NCBI RefSeq assembly: GCF_048593235.1
Contig: NC_133619.1
Span: 234,250,454 to 234,314,453 of the forward strand
Direction: 5' to 3'
From: Sminthopsis crassicaudata
Lineage: Eukaryota
DNA length: 64,000 bases
Both the position numbers and the translations under genes were made by a program. Under the pieces are notes generated by a model that saw only the letters and a list, made by a program, of their open reading frames with translations, ran no database searches and was not told the DNA's origin. Position 1 is the stretch's first letter, and the number at the start of each line of letters is the position of its first letter. Below, in pieces: positions 34,354 through 47,148 of the stretch.

Positions 34354-35348
34354 GAAGAACATTATTTCTGATTGCTATCTTTTTAAATGTTCATCTCAGA
34401 AAGAAGATTGTCTTCTTCCTTTTGGTTATGCCACAAAGGATTTGAGAACTGAGGCAGCTGTTACTTTTTTTTTTTAATTGTTTCACCTTTTAAGTGCCTT
34501 TTATTGACTCCTCAAAAGGTGAGAACTCCCACTTTCTAAAGTTCTTCCACTCTCTCCACTGGAGTTTGTCCTCTTAAAATATAATACATCAATATATATT
34601 TATTTTATTTCAATTAAAATAGACTTTAATCTGGACACCTGGGGACTGCATCTATCCTATTCTAGGTTGTATTCCAGGCTGGGATACCTCTGACAAGGGG
34701 CACCAAATGTCCTACAAGAGAAGGGTAGAAAAACAGAATGACACAATGGAAGTACCTTTGGCATAATATCTTGCTTCAAGTTCCTTACCAGTTGAGGACT
34801 AATTTATTTCAGTCCTTCAAAACATCTTTATAGCTGTACCTATTACATTTTCTTATTTCATGCCAGATCTTTGAGTCTGCTATGATCCTCAAGTAGTATT
34901 CTGACTCAAAACAATAGACATTCCATACCCATCTCCCTAGGCCTTCAAAGAAGAGAACTTTTCTCCCTTTTCTTTCTTTATTTGTTTGCTTCCTTACTCC
35001 TTTGGTTGTTCAATGATTCCTACAGTCTTTTAGCCTTCCAAGTGTTGTTCTCCCTCCCTTTCTACTAGGAATTTTCCCCTTCACTTTTGCTCTCCTCAGG
35101 CCTTGTCTCCTATTCTGTTACCCACCTCCCCATCCCAATTAGCTTCTGGAAAAGCAGCCACCAGTGGGGAAAAATGATCTTTTCACTTTAAGAAACCTTA
35201 ACAAAGCACACAGTATTTTCTTGGTTTAAATAATCACACTTTATTGTCCATTCAACAAGAATACAGAGAAATAGAGTATCCCTGGCAGTATACCACCCAG
35301 TCACTTTTGCTAAAGGGTCATCCTTAGTAATTAGGAACTGACTGGCCT

Positions 35349-36674
35349 CTACTGTGCACTCTTAGGGCAAATGATGAGTGAACCAGGGGTACTCTGGTCT
35401 TGGGGAAGGCAAGGAGAGAAATAAGGGCGAAGAGGCCCTTCCAAATCTATGTTTGGGTTACTGTAAACAATGGCTCTGTATGTGACATCATAAAATGCTA
35501 TTTCTTGCCTTTCACAATCAAGAAAAATGCCCACTTTGTGCAGAGGCTGGCTCAACTGAATGGTCTTTTCTGAAGTGTACAAGAAGAAACCATTTCCAGA
35601 TGTGAATGCTGTGATGGCCAAGACATCTTCCCAACTGAATCTCCCTCCTGAATCATTACAGACGCCCAAAGCCCACCCCGTCTTGTCTTCCACCTCTACT
35701 TCCCAGTAGTGGGTTCCTGAGATGAATTTCTGGGTTCCTAAAACCCCGAGAGCAGGATGAAATCTCTCTGTGTTGTCAGGCAGGTCTTGACGGGTGCTTC
35801 CATAGTGCACCCTCTTCAAATCTTCAGACAGGATGAGATGAGGATGGGCTGATTCAGGATCAAGGGTTATATCCCTGTGGAAACTCATGAGAAATTCTCT
35901 CATGCCTGTAATGGAGCAGATAGGCCAGGGAAGGAAAGGAAACTCTGGCCTTTGGAGTAGTTCTTCCTTTTTTTTCAAAGTGTCTGGTGCCGCCTGGATC
36001 ATTTCCAAGGGCAGCATGTCCAAATTCTGCTCCACTTGTAACATCATTTGTTTCAGCTTTTGTATTTCTGGTAACACCTTCATCTCATGCTCTGCTAGTT
36101 TGAGCAGGTTGCTTATGGATGCCTCAACAAAACTTTTTTCATATATAGATTTTTCTTCCATTAAGAATTGTTGCAGTTTCCCATATTCACAAACAGCTGC
36201 CACTTTCAAAGTGGAGGAACGCTCTATGAATTGTGCCTCTCTTCTTCTCAATGTGTCCAGTGCAGTTTGACACTTCTCTTTTTTCTTCTGTATGATCCTC
36301 CATATCTGCAGGAGCTTGTTCTTGCTCTTGTCAGCTGCTGTCTCCAAGGGAAGGACTTGGTGGTCCTTGAGTTCTGGGCCCGAGAAGCAAGAATCAAAGA
36401 GGGGTCTCTGGCCTTCCTCACAGAAGAATATCACTTGTTCTCCCTGTTGATCACAGGTGCTCAGGCTCACGTCTTTGTGCAGCAGGTGATTTTGGCTCAT
36501 CTTGTCAGTGGTGCACTGGGTCTGCAGGTTCCTGCTGAGCAGCAAGGCAGCCTCCCTAAGCAATGACTCCTCTGCACTTTGTGTCGGTTTAGGTTTCAGT
36601 GACTCCCTCAGTGCCCTGGAGAAGACACTCTGTGCACTCTCAGTCACCCAGTCAGGAAGGTAGTTCAGGCTCAT
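35349..36674 (-). CDS. Copy 11: N-terminally extended TRIM-like protein, 441 aa (B/X)
   Basis: ATG at 36674 (MSLNYLPDW). Codon 29 is AAA (plus ttt 36588-36590) where most copies have TAA. Internal ATG at 36500. Confidence 0.82.
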   Translation of the reverse strand: MSLNYLPDWVTESAQSVFSRALRESLKPKPTQSAEESLLREAALLLSRNLQTQCTTDKMSQNHLLHKDVSLSTCDQQGEQVIFFCEEGQRPLFDSCFSGPELKDHQVLPLETAADKSKNKLLQIWRIIQKKKEKCQTALDTLRRREAQFIERSSTLKVAAVCEYGKLQQFLMEEKSIYEKSFVEASISNLLKLAEHEMKVLPEIQKLKQMMLQVEQNLDMLPLEMIQAAPDTLKKKEELLQRPEFPFLPWPICSITGMREFLMSFHRDITLDPESAHPHLILSEDLKRVHYGSTRQDLPDNTERFHPALGVLGTQKFISGTHYWEVEVEDKTGWALGVCNDSGGRFSWEDVLAITAFTSGNGFFLYTSEKTIQLSQPLHKVGIFLDCERQEIAFYDVTYRAIVYSNPNIDLEGPLRPYFSPCLPQDQSTPGSLIICPKSAQ

Positions 36675-38297
36675 GCAAGCAAGGGAGACCTACCTGGAGG
36701 TTTTTTAATGAAACTCTGGTATGGATGATCTCAAGCCTCTGATTCCTTCCTTTTCAGGTCTGGAGAGAGCTAGCTCCTTCCCTTCAGCTCTGGCAGCAAA
36801 AATATGGGCACTGAGCTGTGTGAGCCTTTTTAAATCTCCTCCCCTGCTTAGCCATTCTCTTAACTCCACCCTCAAATAAGTGAGAACTCTTGTCTTTTGA
36901 GAGGACTTCCACTCCCTGCTTCAGGGCTGAGTTCTCACCTTTCTTCTAATCCCACCTTTCAGAGTCAGCCTCTCTAGAGAAGGAAACTCCTTCCCTCCTT
37001 CTGAGTACATGGAAAGATCTCCTGATTGGGTCACTTAGCAGTGACATTCTCACCTGCAAGCCTCAAGATATCACCTTTTTGATGTACTGACATGGAAACA
37101 TGGCAAAGAAAGACGCCCAGCCCCCACCCCAAACAAAAACTTTTTTTTTCCCCAAACTGCTTCCCACCCATGGCTCCTATGAAGAAAACATGTACCAACC
37201 TTTGCTTTCTCTCCCCCTTAGTTTCCACTTTGGCTCTCATTACATACTTATGATTCTATCACTGGATCAAGAAGTCTTAGCATTTTTAGTATATGTTTTT
37301 TAGAAGAACATTATTTCTGATTGCTATCTTTTTAAATGTTCATCTCAGAAAGAAGATTGTCTTCTTCCTTTTGGTTATGCCACAAAGGATTTGTGAACTG
37401 AGGCAGCTGTTACTTTTTTTTTTAATTGTTTCACCTTTAAGTTCCTTTTATTGACTCCTCAAAAGGTGAGAACTCCCACTTTCTAAAATTCTTCCACTCT
37501 CTCCACTGGAGTTTGTCCTCTTAAAATATAATACATCAATATATATTTATTTTATTTCAATTAAAATAGACTTTAATCTGGACACCTGGTGACTGCATCT
37601 ATCCTATTCTAGGTTGTATTCCAGGCTGGGATACCTCTGACAAGGGGCACCAAATGTCCTACAAGAGAAGGGTAGAAAAACAGAATGACACAATGGAAGT
37701 ACCTTTGGCATAATATCTTGCTTCAAGTTCCTATTTGGTTGTGGACTAATTTATTGCAATCCTTCAAAACATCTTTATAGCTGTACCTATTACATTTTCT
37801 TATTTCATGCCAGATCTTTGAGTCTGCTATGATCCTCTAGTAGTATTCTGACTCAAAACAATAGACATTCCATACCCAACTCCCAAGGCCTGCAAAGAAG
37901 AGAACTTTTCTCCCTTTTCTTTCTTTATTTGTTTGCTTCCTTACTCCTTTGGTTGTTCATTGATTCATATAGTCTTTTAGCCTTCCAAGTGTTGTTCTCC
38001 CTCCCTTTCTACTAGAAATTTTTCCCTTCACTTTTGCTCTCCTCAGGCCTTGTCTCCTATTCTGCTACCCACCTCCCCATCCCAATTAGCTTCTGGAAAA
38101 GCAGCCACCAAAGGGGAAAAATGATCTTTTTACGTTAAGAATTCTTAAGAAGGAACACAGTATTTTCTTGGTTTAAATAATCACACTTTATTGTCCATTC
38201 AACAGAAATACAGAGAAATAGAGTATCCCTGGCAGTGTTCCACCCAGTCACTTTTGCTAAAGGGTCATCCTTAGTAATTAGGAACTCTGACTGGCCT

Positions 38298-39449
38298 CTA
38301 CTGTGCACTCTTAGGGCAAATGATGAGTGAACCAGGGGTGCTCTGGTCTTGGAGAAGGCAAGGAGAGAAATAAGGGCGAAGAGGCCCTTCCAAATCTATG
38401 TTTGGGTTACTGTAAACAATGGCTCTGTATGTGACATCATAAAATGCTATTTCTTGCCTTTCACAATCAAGAAAAATGCCCAATTTGTGCAGAGGCTGGC
38501 TCAACTGAATGGTCTTTTCTGAAGTGTACAAGAAGAAACCATTTCCAGATGTAAATGCTGTGATGGCCAAGACATCTTCCCAACTGAATCTCCCTCCTGA
38601 ATCATTACAGACGCCCAAAGCCCACCCCGTCTGGTCTTCCAACTCTACTTCCCAGTAGTGGGTGCCTGAGATGAATTTCTGGGTTCCTAAAACCCCGAGA
38701 ACAGGATGAAATCTCTCTGTGTTGTCAGGCAGGTCTTGACGGGTGCTTCCATAGTGCACCCTCTTCAAATCTTCAGACAGGATGAGATGAGGATGGGCTG
38801 ATTCAGGATCAAGGGTTATATCCCTGTGGAAACTCATGAGAAATTCTCCCATGCCTGTAATGGAGCAGATAGGCCAGGGAAGGAAAGGAAACTCTGGCCT
38901 TTGGAGTAGTTCTTCCTTTTTTTTCAAAGTGTCTGGTGCCGCCTGGATCATTTCCAAGGGCAGCATGTCCAAATTCTGCTCCACTTGTAACATCATTTGT
39001 TTCAGCTTTTGTATTTCTGGTAACACCTTCATCTCATGCTCTGCTAGTTTGAGCAGGTTGCTTGTGGATGCCTCAACAAAACTTTTTTCATATATAGATT
39101 TTTCTTCCATTAAGAATTGTTGCAGTTTCCCATATTCACAAACAGCTGCCACTTTCAAAGTGGAGGAACGCTCTATGAATTGTGCCTCTCTTCTTCTCAA
39201 TGTGTCCAGTGCAGTTTGACACTTCTCTTTTTTCTTCTGTATGATCCTCCATATCTGCAGGAGCTTGTTCTTGCTCTTGTCAGCTGCTGTCTCCAAGGGA
39301 AGGACTTTGTGGTCCTTGAGTTCTGGGCCCGAGAAGCAAGAATCAAAGAGGGGTCTCTGGCCTTCCTCACAGAAGAATATCACTTGTTCTCCCTGTTGAT
39401 CACAGGTGCTCAGGCTCACGTCTTTGTGCAGCAGGTGGTTTTGGCTCAT
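38298..39449 (-). CDS. Copy 12: RING-less TRIM-like protein, 383 aa (CC B, SPRY mostly Y)
   Basis: Intact ORF; upstream TAA present. Confidence 0.88.
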   Translation of the reverse strand: MSQNHLLHKDVSLSTCDQQGEQVIFFCEEGQRPLFDSCFSGPELKDHKVLPLETAADKSKNKLLQIWRIIQKKKEKCQTALDTLRRREAQFIERSSTLKVAAVCEYGKLQQFLMEEKSIYEKSFVEASTSNLLKLAEHEMKVLPEIQKLKQMMLQVEQNLDMLPLEMIQAAPDTLKKKEELLQRPEFPFLPWPICSITGMGEFLMSFHRDITLDPESAHPHLILSEDLKRVHYGSTRQDLPDNTERFHPVLGVLGTQKFISGTHYWEVELEDQTGWALGVCNDSGGRFSWEDVLAITAFTSGNGFFLYTSEKTIQLSQPLHKLGIFLDCERQEIAFYDVTYRAIVYSNPNIDLEGPLRPYFSPCLLQDQSTPGSLIICPKSAQ

Positions 39450-41248
39450 CTTGCCAGTTGTGCACTGGGTCTGCAGGTTCCTTCTGAGCAGCAAGGCAGC
39501 CTCCCTAAGCAATGACTCCTCTGCACTCTGTGTGAGTTAAGGTTTCAGTGACTCCCTCAGTGCCCTGGAGAAGACACTCTGTGCACTCTCAGTCACCCAG
39601 TCAGGAAGGTAGTTCAGGCTCATGCAAGCAAGGGAGACCTACCTGGAGGTTTTTTAATGAAACTCTGGTATGGATGATCCCAAGCGTCTGATTCCTTCCT
39701 TTTCAGGTCTGGAGAGAGCTAGCTCCTTCCCTTCAGCTCTGGCAGCAAAAGATATGGGCACTGAGCTGTGTGAGCCTTTTTAAATCTCCTCCCCTGCTTA
39801 GCCATTCTCTTAACTCCACCCTCAAAAAGGTGAGAACTCTTGTCTTTTGAGAGGACTTCCACTCCCTGCTTCAGGGCTGAGTTCTCACCTTTCTTCTAAT
39901 CCCACCCTTCAGAGTCAGCCTCTCTAGAGAAGGAAACTCCTAACCTCCTTCTGAGTACATGGAAAGATCTCCTGATTGGGTCACTTAGCAGTGACATTCT
40001 CACCTGCAAGCCTCAAGATATCACCTTTTTGATGTGCTGACATGGAAACATGGCAAAGAAAGACGCCCAGCCCCCACCCCAAACAAAATCTTTTTTTTTT
40101 CCCCAAACTGCTTCCCACCCATGGCTCCTATGAAGAAAACATGTACCAACCTTTGCTATCCCTCCCCCTTAGTTTCCACTTTGGCTCTCATTACATACTT
40201 ATGATTCTATCACTGGATCAAGATGTCTTAGCATTTTTAGTATATGCTTTTTAGAAGAACATTATTTCTGATTGCTATCTTTTTAAATGTTCATCTCAGA
40301 AAGAAGATTGTCTTCTTCCTTTTGGTTATGCCACAAAGGATTTGAGAACTGAGGCAGCTGTTACTTTTTTTTTTTTAATTGTTTCACCTTTAAGTGCCTT
40401 TTATTGACTCCTCAAAAGGTGAGAACTCCCACTTTCTAAAGTTCTTCCACTCTCTCCACTGGAGTTTGTCCTCTTAAAATATAATACATCAATATATATT
40501 TATTTTATTTCGATTAAAATAGACTTTAATCTGGACACCTGGGGACTGCATCTATCCTATTCTAGGTTGTATTCCAGGCTGGGATACCTCTGACAAGGGG
40601 CACCAAATGTCCTACAAGAGAAGGGTAGAAAAACAGAATGACACAATGGAAGTACCTTTGGCATAATATCTTGCTTCAAGTTCCTTACCAGTTGAGGACT
40701 AATTTATTTCAGTCCTTCAAAACATCTTTATAGCTGTACCTATTACATTTTCTTATTTCATGCCAGATCTTTGAGTCTGCTATGATCCTCAAGTAGTATT
40801 CTGACTCAAAACAATAGACTTTCCATACCCATCTCCCTAGGCCTTCAAAGAAGAGAACTTTTCTCCCTTTTCTTTCTTTATTTGTTTTCTTCCTTACTCC
40901 TTTGGTTGTTCAATGATTCCTACAGTCTTTTAGCCTTCCAAGTGTTGTTCTCCCTCCCTTTCTACTAGGAATTTTCCCCTTCACTTTTGCTCTCCTCAGG
41001 CCTTGTCTCCTATTCTGTTACCCACCTCCCCATCCCAATTAGCTTCTGGAAAAGCAGCCACCAGTGGGGAAAAATGATCTTTTCACTTTAAGAAACCTTA
41101 ACAAAGCACACAGTATTTTCTTGGTTTAAATAATCACACTTTATTGTCCATTCAACAAGAATACAGAGAAATAGAGTATCCCTGGCAGTATACCACCCAG
41201 TCACTTTTGCTAAAGGGTCATCCTTAGTAATTAGGAACTGACTGGCCT

Positions 41249-42574
41249 CTACTGTGCACTCTTAGGGCAAATGATGAGTGAACCAGGGGTACTGTGGTCT
41301 TGGGGAAGGCAAGGAGAGAAATAAGGGCGAAGAGGCCCTTCCAAATCTATGTTTGGGTTACTGTAAACAATGGCTCTGTATGTGACATCATAAAATGCTA
41401 TTTCTTGCCTTTCACAATCAAGAAAAATGCCCACTTTATGCAGAGGCTGGCTCAACTGAATGGTCTTTTCTGAAGTGTACAAGAAGAAACCATTTCCAGA
41501 TGTGAATGCTGTGATGGCCAAGACATCTTCCCAACTGAATCTCCCTCCTGAATCATTACAGACGCCCAAAGCCCACCCCGTCTTGTCTTCCACCTCTACT
41601 TCCCAGTAGTGTGTGCCTGAGAAGAATTTCTGGGTTCCTAAAACCCCGAGAGCAGGATGAAATCTCTCTGTGTTGTCAGGCAGGTCTTGACGGGTGCTTC
41701 CATAGTGCACCCTCTTCAAATCTTCAGACAGGATGAGATGAGGATGGGCTGATTCAGGATCAAGGGTTATATCCCTGTGGAAACTCATGAGAAATTCTCT
41801 CATGCCTGTAATGGAGCAGATAGGCCAAGGAAGGAAAGGAAACTCTGGCCTTTGGAGTAGTTCTTCCTTTTTTTTCAAAGTGTCTGGTGCCGCCTGGATC
41901 ATTTCCAAGGGCAGCATGTCCAAATTCTGCTCCACTTGTAACATCATTTGTTTCAGCTTTTGTATTTCTGGTAACACCTTCATCTCATGCTCTGCTAGTT
42001 TGAGCAGGTTGCTTGTGGATGCCTCAACAAAACTTTTTTCATATATAGATTTTTCTTCCATTAAGAATTGTTGCAGTTTCCCATATTCACAAACAGCTGC
42101 CACTTTCAAAGTGGAGGAACGCTCTATGAATTGTGCCTCTCTTCTTCTCAATGTGTCCAGTGCAGTTTGACACTTCTCTTTTTTCTTCTGTATGATCCTC
42201 CATATCTGCAGGAGCTTGTTCTTGCTCTTGTCAGCTGCTGTCTCCAAGGGAAGGACTTGGTGGTCCTTGAGTTCTGGGCCCGAGAAGCAAGAATCAAAGA
42301 GGGGTCTCTGGTCTTCCTCACAGAAGAATATCACTTGTTCTCCCTGTTGATCACAGGTGCTCAGGCTCACGTCTTTGTGCAGCAGGTGATTTTGGCTCAT
42401 CTTGTCAGTGGTGCACTGGGTCTGCAGGTTCCTGCTGAGCAGCAAGGCAGCCTCCCTAAGCAATGACTCCTCTGCACTTTGTGTCGGTTTAGGTTTCAGT
42501 GACTCCCTCAGTGCCCTGGAGAAGACACTCTGTGCACTCTCAGTCACCCAGTCAGGAAGGTAGTTCAGGCTCAT
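41249..42574 (-). CDS. Copy 13: extended TRIM-like protein, 441 aa (B/X)
   Basis: As copy 11; B-box reads CEEDQR; unique QKFFSG and QDHST variants. Confidence 0.82.
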   Translation of the reverse strand: MSLNYLPDWVTESAQSVFSRALRESLKPKPTQSAEESLLREAALLLSRNLQTQCTTDKMSQNHLLHKDVSLSTCDQQGEQVIFFCEEDQRPLFDSCFSGPELKDHQVLPLETAADKSKNKLLQIWRIIQKKKEKCQTALDTLRRREAQFIERSSTLKVAAVCEYGKLQQFLMEEKSIYEKSFVEASTSNLLKLAEHEMKVLPEIQKLKQMMLQVEQNLDMLPLEMIQAAPDTLKKKEELLQRPEFPFLPWPICSITGMREFLMSFHRDITLDPESAHPHLILSEDLKRVHYGSTRQDLPDNTERFHPALGVLGTQKFFSGTHYWEVEVEDKTGWALGVCNDSGGRFSWEDVLAITAFTSGNGFFLYTSEKTIQLSQPLHKVGIFLDCERQEIAFYDVTYRAIVYSNPNIDLEGPLRPYFSPCLPQDHSTPGSLIICPKSAQ

Positions 42575-44198
42575 GCAAGCAAGGGAGACCTACCTGGAGG
42601 TTTTTTAATGAAACTCTGGTATGGATGATCTCAAGCCTCTGATTCCTTCCTTTTCAGGTCTGGAGAGAGCTAGCTCCTTCCCTTCAGCTCTGGCAGCAAA
42701 AATATGGGCACTGAGCTGTGTGAGCCTTTTTAAATCTCCTCCCCTGCTTAGCCATTCTCTTAACTCCACCCTCAAAAAGGTGAGAACTCTTGTCTTTTGA
42801 GAGGACTTCCACTCCCTGCTTAAGTCTGAGTTCTCACCTTTCCTCTAATCCCACCCTTCAGAGTCAGCCTCTCTAGAGAAGGAAACTCCTTCCCTCCTTC
42901 TGAGTACATGGAAAGATCTCCTGATTGGGTCACTTAGCAGTGACATTCTCACCTGCAAGCCTCAAGATATCACCTTTTTGATGTGCTGACATGGAAACAT
43001 GGCAAAGAAAGACGCCCAGCCCCCACCCCAAACAAAATCTTTTTTTTTTCCCCAAACTGCTTCCCACCCATGGCTCCTATGAAGAAAACATGTACCAACC
43101 TTTCCTATCCCTCCCCCTTAGTTTCCACTTTGGCTCTCATTACATACTTATGATTCTATCACTGGATCAAGATGTCTTAGCATTTTTAGTATATGCTTTT
43201 TAGAAGAACATTATTTCTGATTGCTATCTTTTTAAATGTTCATCTCAGAAAGAAGATTGTCTTCTTCCTTTTGGTTATGCCACAAAGGATTTGAGAACTG
43301 AGGCAGCTGTTACTTTTTTTTTTAATTGTTTCACCTTTTAAGTTCCTTTTATTGACTCCTCAAAAGGTGAGAACTCCCACTTTCTAAAGTTCTTCCACTC
43401 TCTCCACTGGAGTTTGTCCTCTTAAAATATAATACATCAATATATATTTATTTTATTTCAATGAAAATAGACTTTAATCTGGACACCTGGAGACTGCATC
43501 TATCCTATTCTAGGTTGTATTCCAGGCTGGGATACCTCTGACAAGGGGCACCAAATGTCCTACAAGAGAAGGGTAGAAAAACAGAATGACACAATGGAAG
43601 TACCTTTGGCATAATATCTTGCTTCAAGTTCCTTACCAGTTGAGGACTAATTTATTTCAGTCCTTCAAAACATCTTTATAGCTGTACCTATTACATTTTC
43701 TTATTTCATGCCAGATCTTTGAGTCTGCTATGATCCTCAAGTAGTATTCTGACTCAAAACAATAGACTTTCCATACCCATCTCCCTAGGCCTTCAAAGAA
43801 GAGAACTTTTCTCCCTTTTCTTTCTTTATTTGTTTTCTTCCTTACTCCTTTGGTTGTTCAATGATTCCTACAGTCTTTTAGCCTTCCAAGTGTTGTTCTC
43901 CCTCCCTTTCTACTAGGAATTTTCCCCTTCACTTTTGCTCTCTTCAGTCCTTGTCTCCTATTCTGTTACCCACCTCCCCATCCCAATTAGCTTCTGGAAA
44001 AGCAGCCACCAGTGGGGAAAAATGATCTTTTTACATTAAGAATTCTTAACAAAGAACACAGTATTTTCTTGGTTTAATTAATCACACTTTATTGTCCATT
44101 CAACAAGAATACAGAGAAATAGAGTATCCCTGGCAGTGTTCCACCCAGTCACTTTTGCTAAAGGGTCATCCTTAGTAATTAGGAACTCTGACTGGCCT

Positions 44199-45524
44199 CT
44201 ACTGTGGACTCTTAGGGCAAATGATGAGTGAACCAGGGGTGCTCTGGTCTTGGAGAAGGCAAGGAGAGAAATAAGGGTGAAGATGCCCTTCCAAATCTAT
44301 GTTTGGGTTGCTGTAAACAATGGATCTGTATGTGACATCATAAAATGCTATTTCTTGCCTTTCACAATCAAGAAAAATGCCCACTTTGTGCAGAGGCTGG
44401 CTCAACTGAATGGTCTTTTCTGAAGTGTACAAGAAGAAACCATTTCCAGATGTGAATGCTGTGATGGCCAAGACATCTTCCCAACTGAATCTCCCTCCTG
44501 AATCATTACAGACGCCCAAAGCCCACCCCGTCTTGTCTTCCACCTCTACTTCCCAGTAGTGGGTGCCTGAGATGAATTTCTGGGTTCCTAAAACCCCGAA
44601 AGCAGGATGAAATCTCTCTGTGTTGTCAGGCAGGTCTTGACGGGTGCTTCCATAGTGCACCCTCTTCAAATCTTCAGACAGGATGAGATGAGGATGGGCT
44701 GATTCAGGATCAAGGGTTATATCCCTGTGGAAACTCATGAGAAATTCTCTCATGCCTGTAATGGAGCAGATAGGCCAAGGAAGGAAAGGAAACTCTGGCC
44801 TTTGGAGTAGTTCTTCCTTTTTTTTCAAAGTGTCTGGTGCCGCCTGGATCATTTCCAAGGGCAGCATGTCCAAATTCTGCTCCACTTGTAACATCATTTG
44901 TTTCAGCTTTTGTATTTCTGGTAACACCTTCATCTCATGCTCTGCTAGTTTGAGCAGGTTGCTTGTGGATGCCTCAACAAAACTTTTTTCATATATAGAT
45001 TTTTCTTCCATTAAGAATTGTTGCAGTTTCCCATATTCACAAACAGCTGCCACTTTCAAAGTGGAGGAACGCTCTATGAATTGTGCCTCTCTTCTTCTCA
45101 ATGTGTCCAGTGCAGTTTGACACTTCTCTTTTTTCTTCTGTATGATCCTCCATATCTGCAGGAGCTTGTTCTTGCTCTTGTCAGCTGCTGTCTCCAAGGG
45201 AAGGACTTGGTGGTCCTTGAGTTCTGGGCCCGAGAAGCAAGAATCAAAGAGGGGTCTCTGGTCTTCCTCACAGAAGAATATCACTTGTTCTCCCTGTTGA
45301 TCACAGGTGCTCAGGCTCACGTCTTTGTGCAGCAGGTGATTTTGGCTCATCTTGTCAGTGGTGCACTGGGTCTGCAGGTTCCTGCTGAGCAGCAAGGCAG
45401 CCTCCCTAAGCAATGACTCCTCTGCACTTTGTGTCGGTTTAGGTTTCAGTGACTCCCTCAGTGCCCTGGAGAAGACACTCTGTGCACTCTCAGTCACCCA
45501 GTCAGGAAGGTAGTTCAGGCTCAT
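44199..45524 (-). CDS. Copy 14: extended TRIM-like protein, 441 aa (chimeric)
   Basis: 5' half like copy 13; 3' half (HPAFG, YRSI, LHPY, SPQ) like copy 15. Confidence 0.82.
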   Translation of the reverse strand: MSLNYLPDWVTESAQSVFSRALRESLKPKPTQSAEESLLREAALLLSRNLQTQCTTDKMSQNHLLHKDVSLSTCDQQGEQVIFFCEEDQRPLFDSCFSGPELKDHQVLPLETAADKSKNKLLQIWRIIQKKKEKCQTALDTLRRREAQFIERSSTLKVAAVCEYGKLQQFLMEEKSIYEKSFVEASTSNLLKLAEHEMKVLPEIQKLKQMMLQVEQNLDMLPLEMIQAAPDTLKKKEELLQRPEFPFLPWPICSITGMREFLMSFHRDITLDPESAHPHLILSEDLKRVHYGSTRQDLPDNTERFHPAFGVLGTQKFISGTHYWEVEVEDKTGWALGVCNDSGGRFSWEDVLAITAFTSGNGFFLYTSEKTIQLSQPLHKVGIFLDCERQEIAFYDVTYRSIVYSNPNIDLEGHLHPYFSPCLLQDQSTPGSLIICPKSPQ

Positions 45525-47148
45525 GCAAGCAAGGGAGACCTACCTGGAGGTTTTTTAATGAAACTCTGGTATGGATGATCTCAAGCCTCTGATTCCTTCC
45601 TTTTCAGGTCTGGAGAGAGCTAGCTCCTTCCCTTCAGCTCTGGCAGCAAAAATATGGGCACTGAGCTGTGTGAGCCTTTTTAAATCTCCTCCCCTGCTTA
45701 GCCATTCTCTTAACTCCACCCTCAAAAAGGTGAGAACTCTTGTCTTTTGAGAGGACTTCCACTCCCTGCTTAAGTCTGAGTTCTCACCTTTCCTCTAATC
45801 CCACCCTTCAGAGTCAGCCTCTCTAGAGAAGGAAACTCCTTCCCTCCTTCTGAGTACATGGAAAGATCTCCTGATTGGGTCACTTAGCAGTGACATTCTC
45901 ACCTGCAAGCCTCAAGATATCACCTTTTTGATGTGCTGACATGGAAACATGGCAAAGAAAGACGCCCAGCCCCCACCCCAAACAAAATCTTTTTTTTTTC
46001 CCCAAACTGCTTCCCACCCATGGCTCCTATGAAGAAAACATGTACCAACCTTTCCTATCCCTCCCCCTTAGTTTCCACTTTGGCTCTCATTACATACTTA
46101 TGATTCTATCACTGGATCAAGATGTCTTAGCATTTTTAGTATATGCTTTTTAGAAGAACATTATTTCTGATTGCTATCTTTTTAAATGTTCATCTCAGAA
46201 AGAAGATTGTCTTCTTCCTTTTGGTTATGCCACAAAGGATTTGAGAACTGAGGCAGCTGTTACTTTTTTTTTTAATTGTTTCACCTTTTAAGTTCCTTTT
46301 ATTGACTCCTCAAAAGGTGAGAACTCCCACTTTCTAAAGTTCTTCCACTCTCTCCACTGGAGTTTGTCCTCTTAAAATATAATACATCAATATATATTTA
46401 TTTTATTTCAATGAAAATAGACTTTAATCTGGACACCTGGAGACTGCATCTATCCTATTCTAGGTTGTATTCCAGGCTGGGATACCTCTGACAAGGGGCA
46501 CCAAATGTCCTACAAGAGAAGGGTAGAAAAACAGAATGACACAATGGAAGTACCTTTGGCATAATATCTTGCTTCAAGTTCCTTACCAGTTGAGGACTAA
46601 TTTATTTCAGTCCTTCAAAACATCTTTATAGCTGTACCTATTACATTTTCTTATTTCATGCCAGATCTTTGAGTCTGCTATGATCCTCAAGTAGTATTCT
46701 GACTCAAAACAATAGACTTTCCATACCCATCTCCCTAGGCCTTCAAAGAAGAGAACTTTTCTCCCTTTTCTTTCTTTATTTGTTTTCTTCCTTACTCCTT
46801 TGGTTGTTCAATGATTCCTACAGTCTTTTAGCCTTCCAAGTGTTGTTCTCCCTCCCTTTCTACTAGGAATTTTCCCCTTCACTTTTGCTCTCTTCAGTCC
46901 TTGTCTCCTATTCTGTTACCCACCTCCCCATCCCAATTAGCTTCTGGAAAAGCAGCCACCAGTGGGGAAAAATGATCTTTTTACATTAAGAATTCTTAAC
47001 AAAGAACACAGTATTTTCTTGGTTTAATTAATCACACTTTATTGTCCATTCAACAAGAATACAGAGAAATAGAGTATCCCTGGCAGTGTTCCACCCAGTC
47101 ACTTTTGCTAAAGGGTCATCCTTAGTAATTAGGAACTCTGACTGGCCT

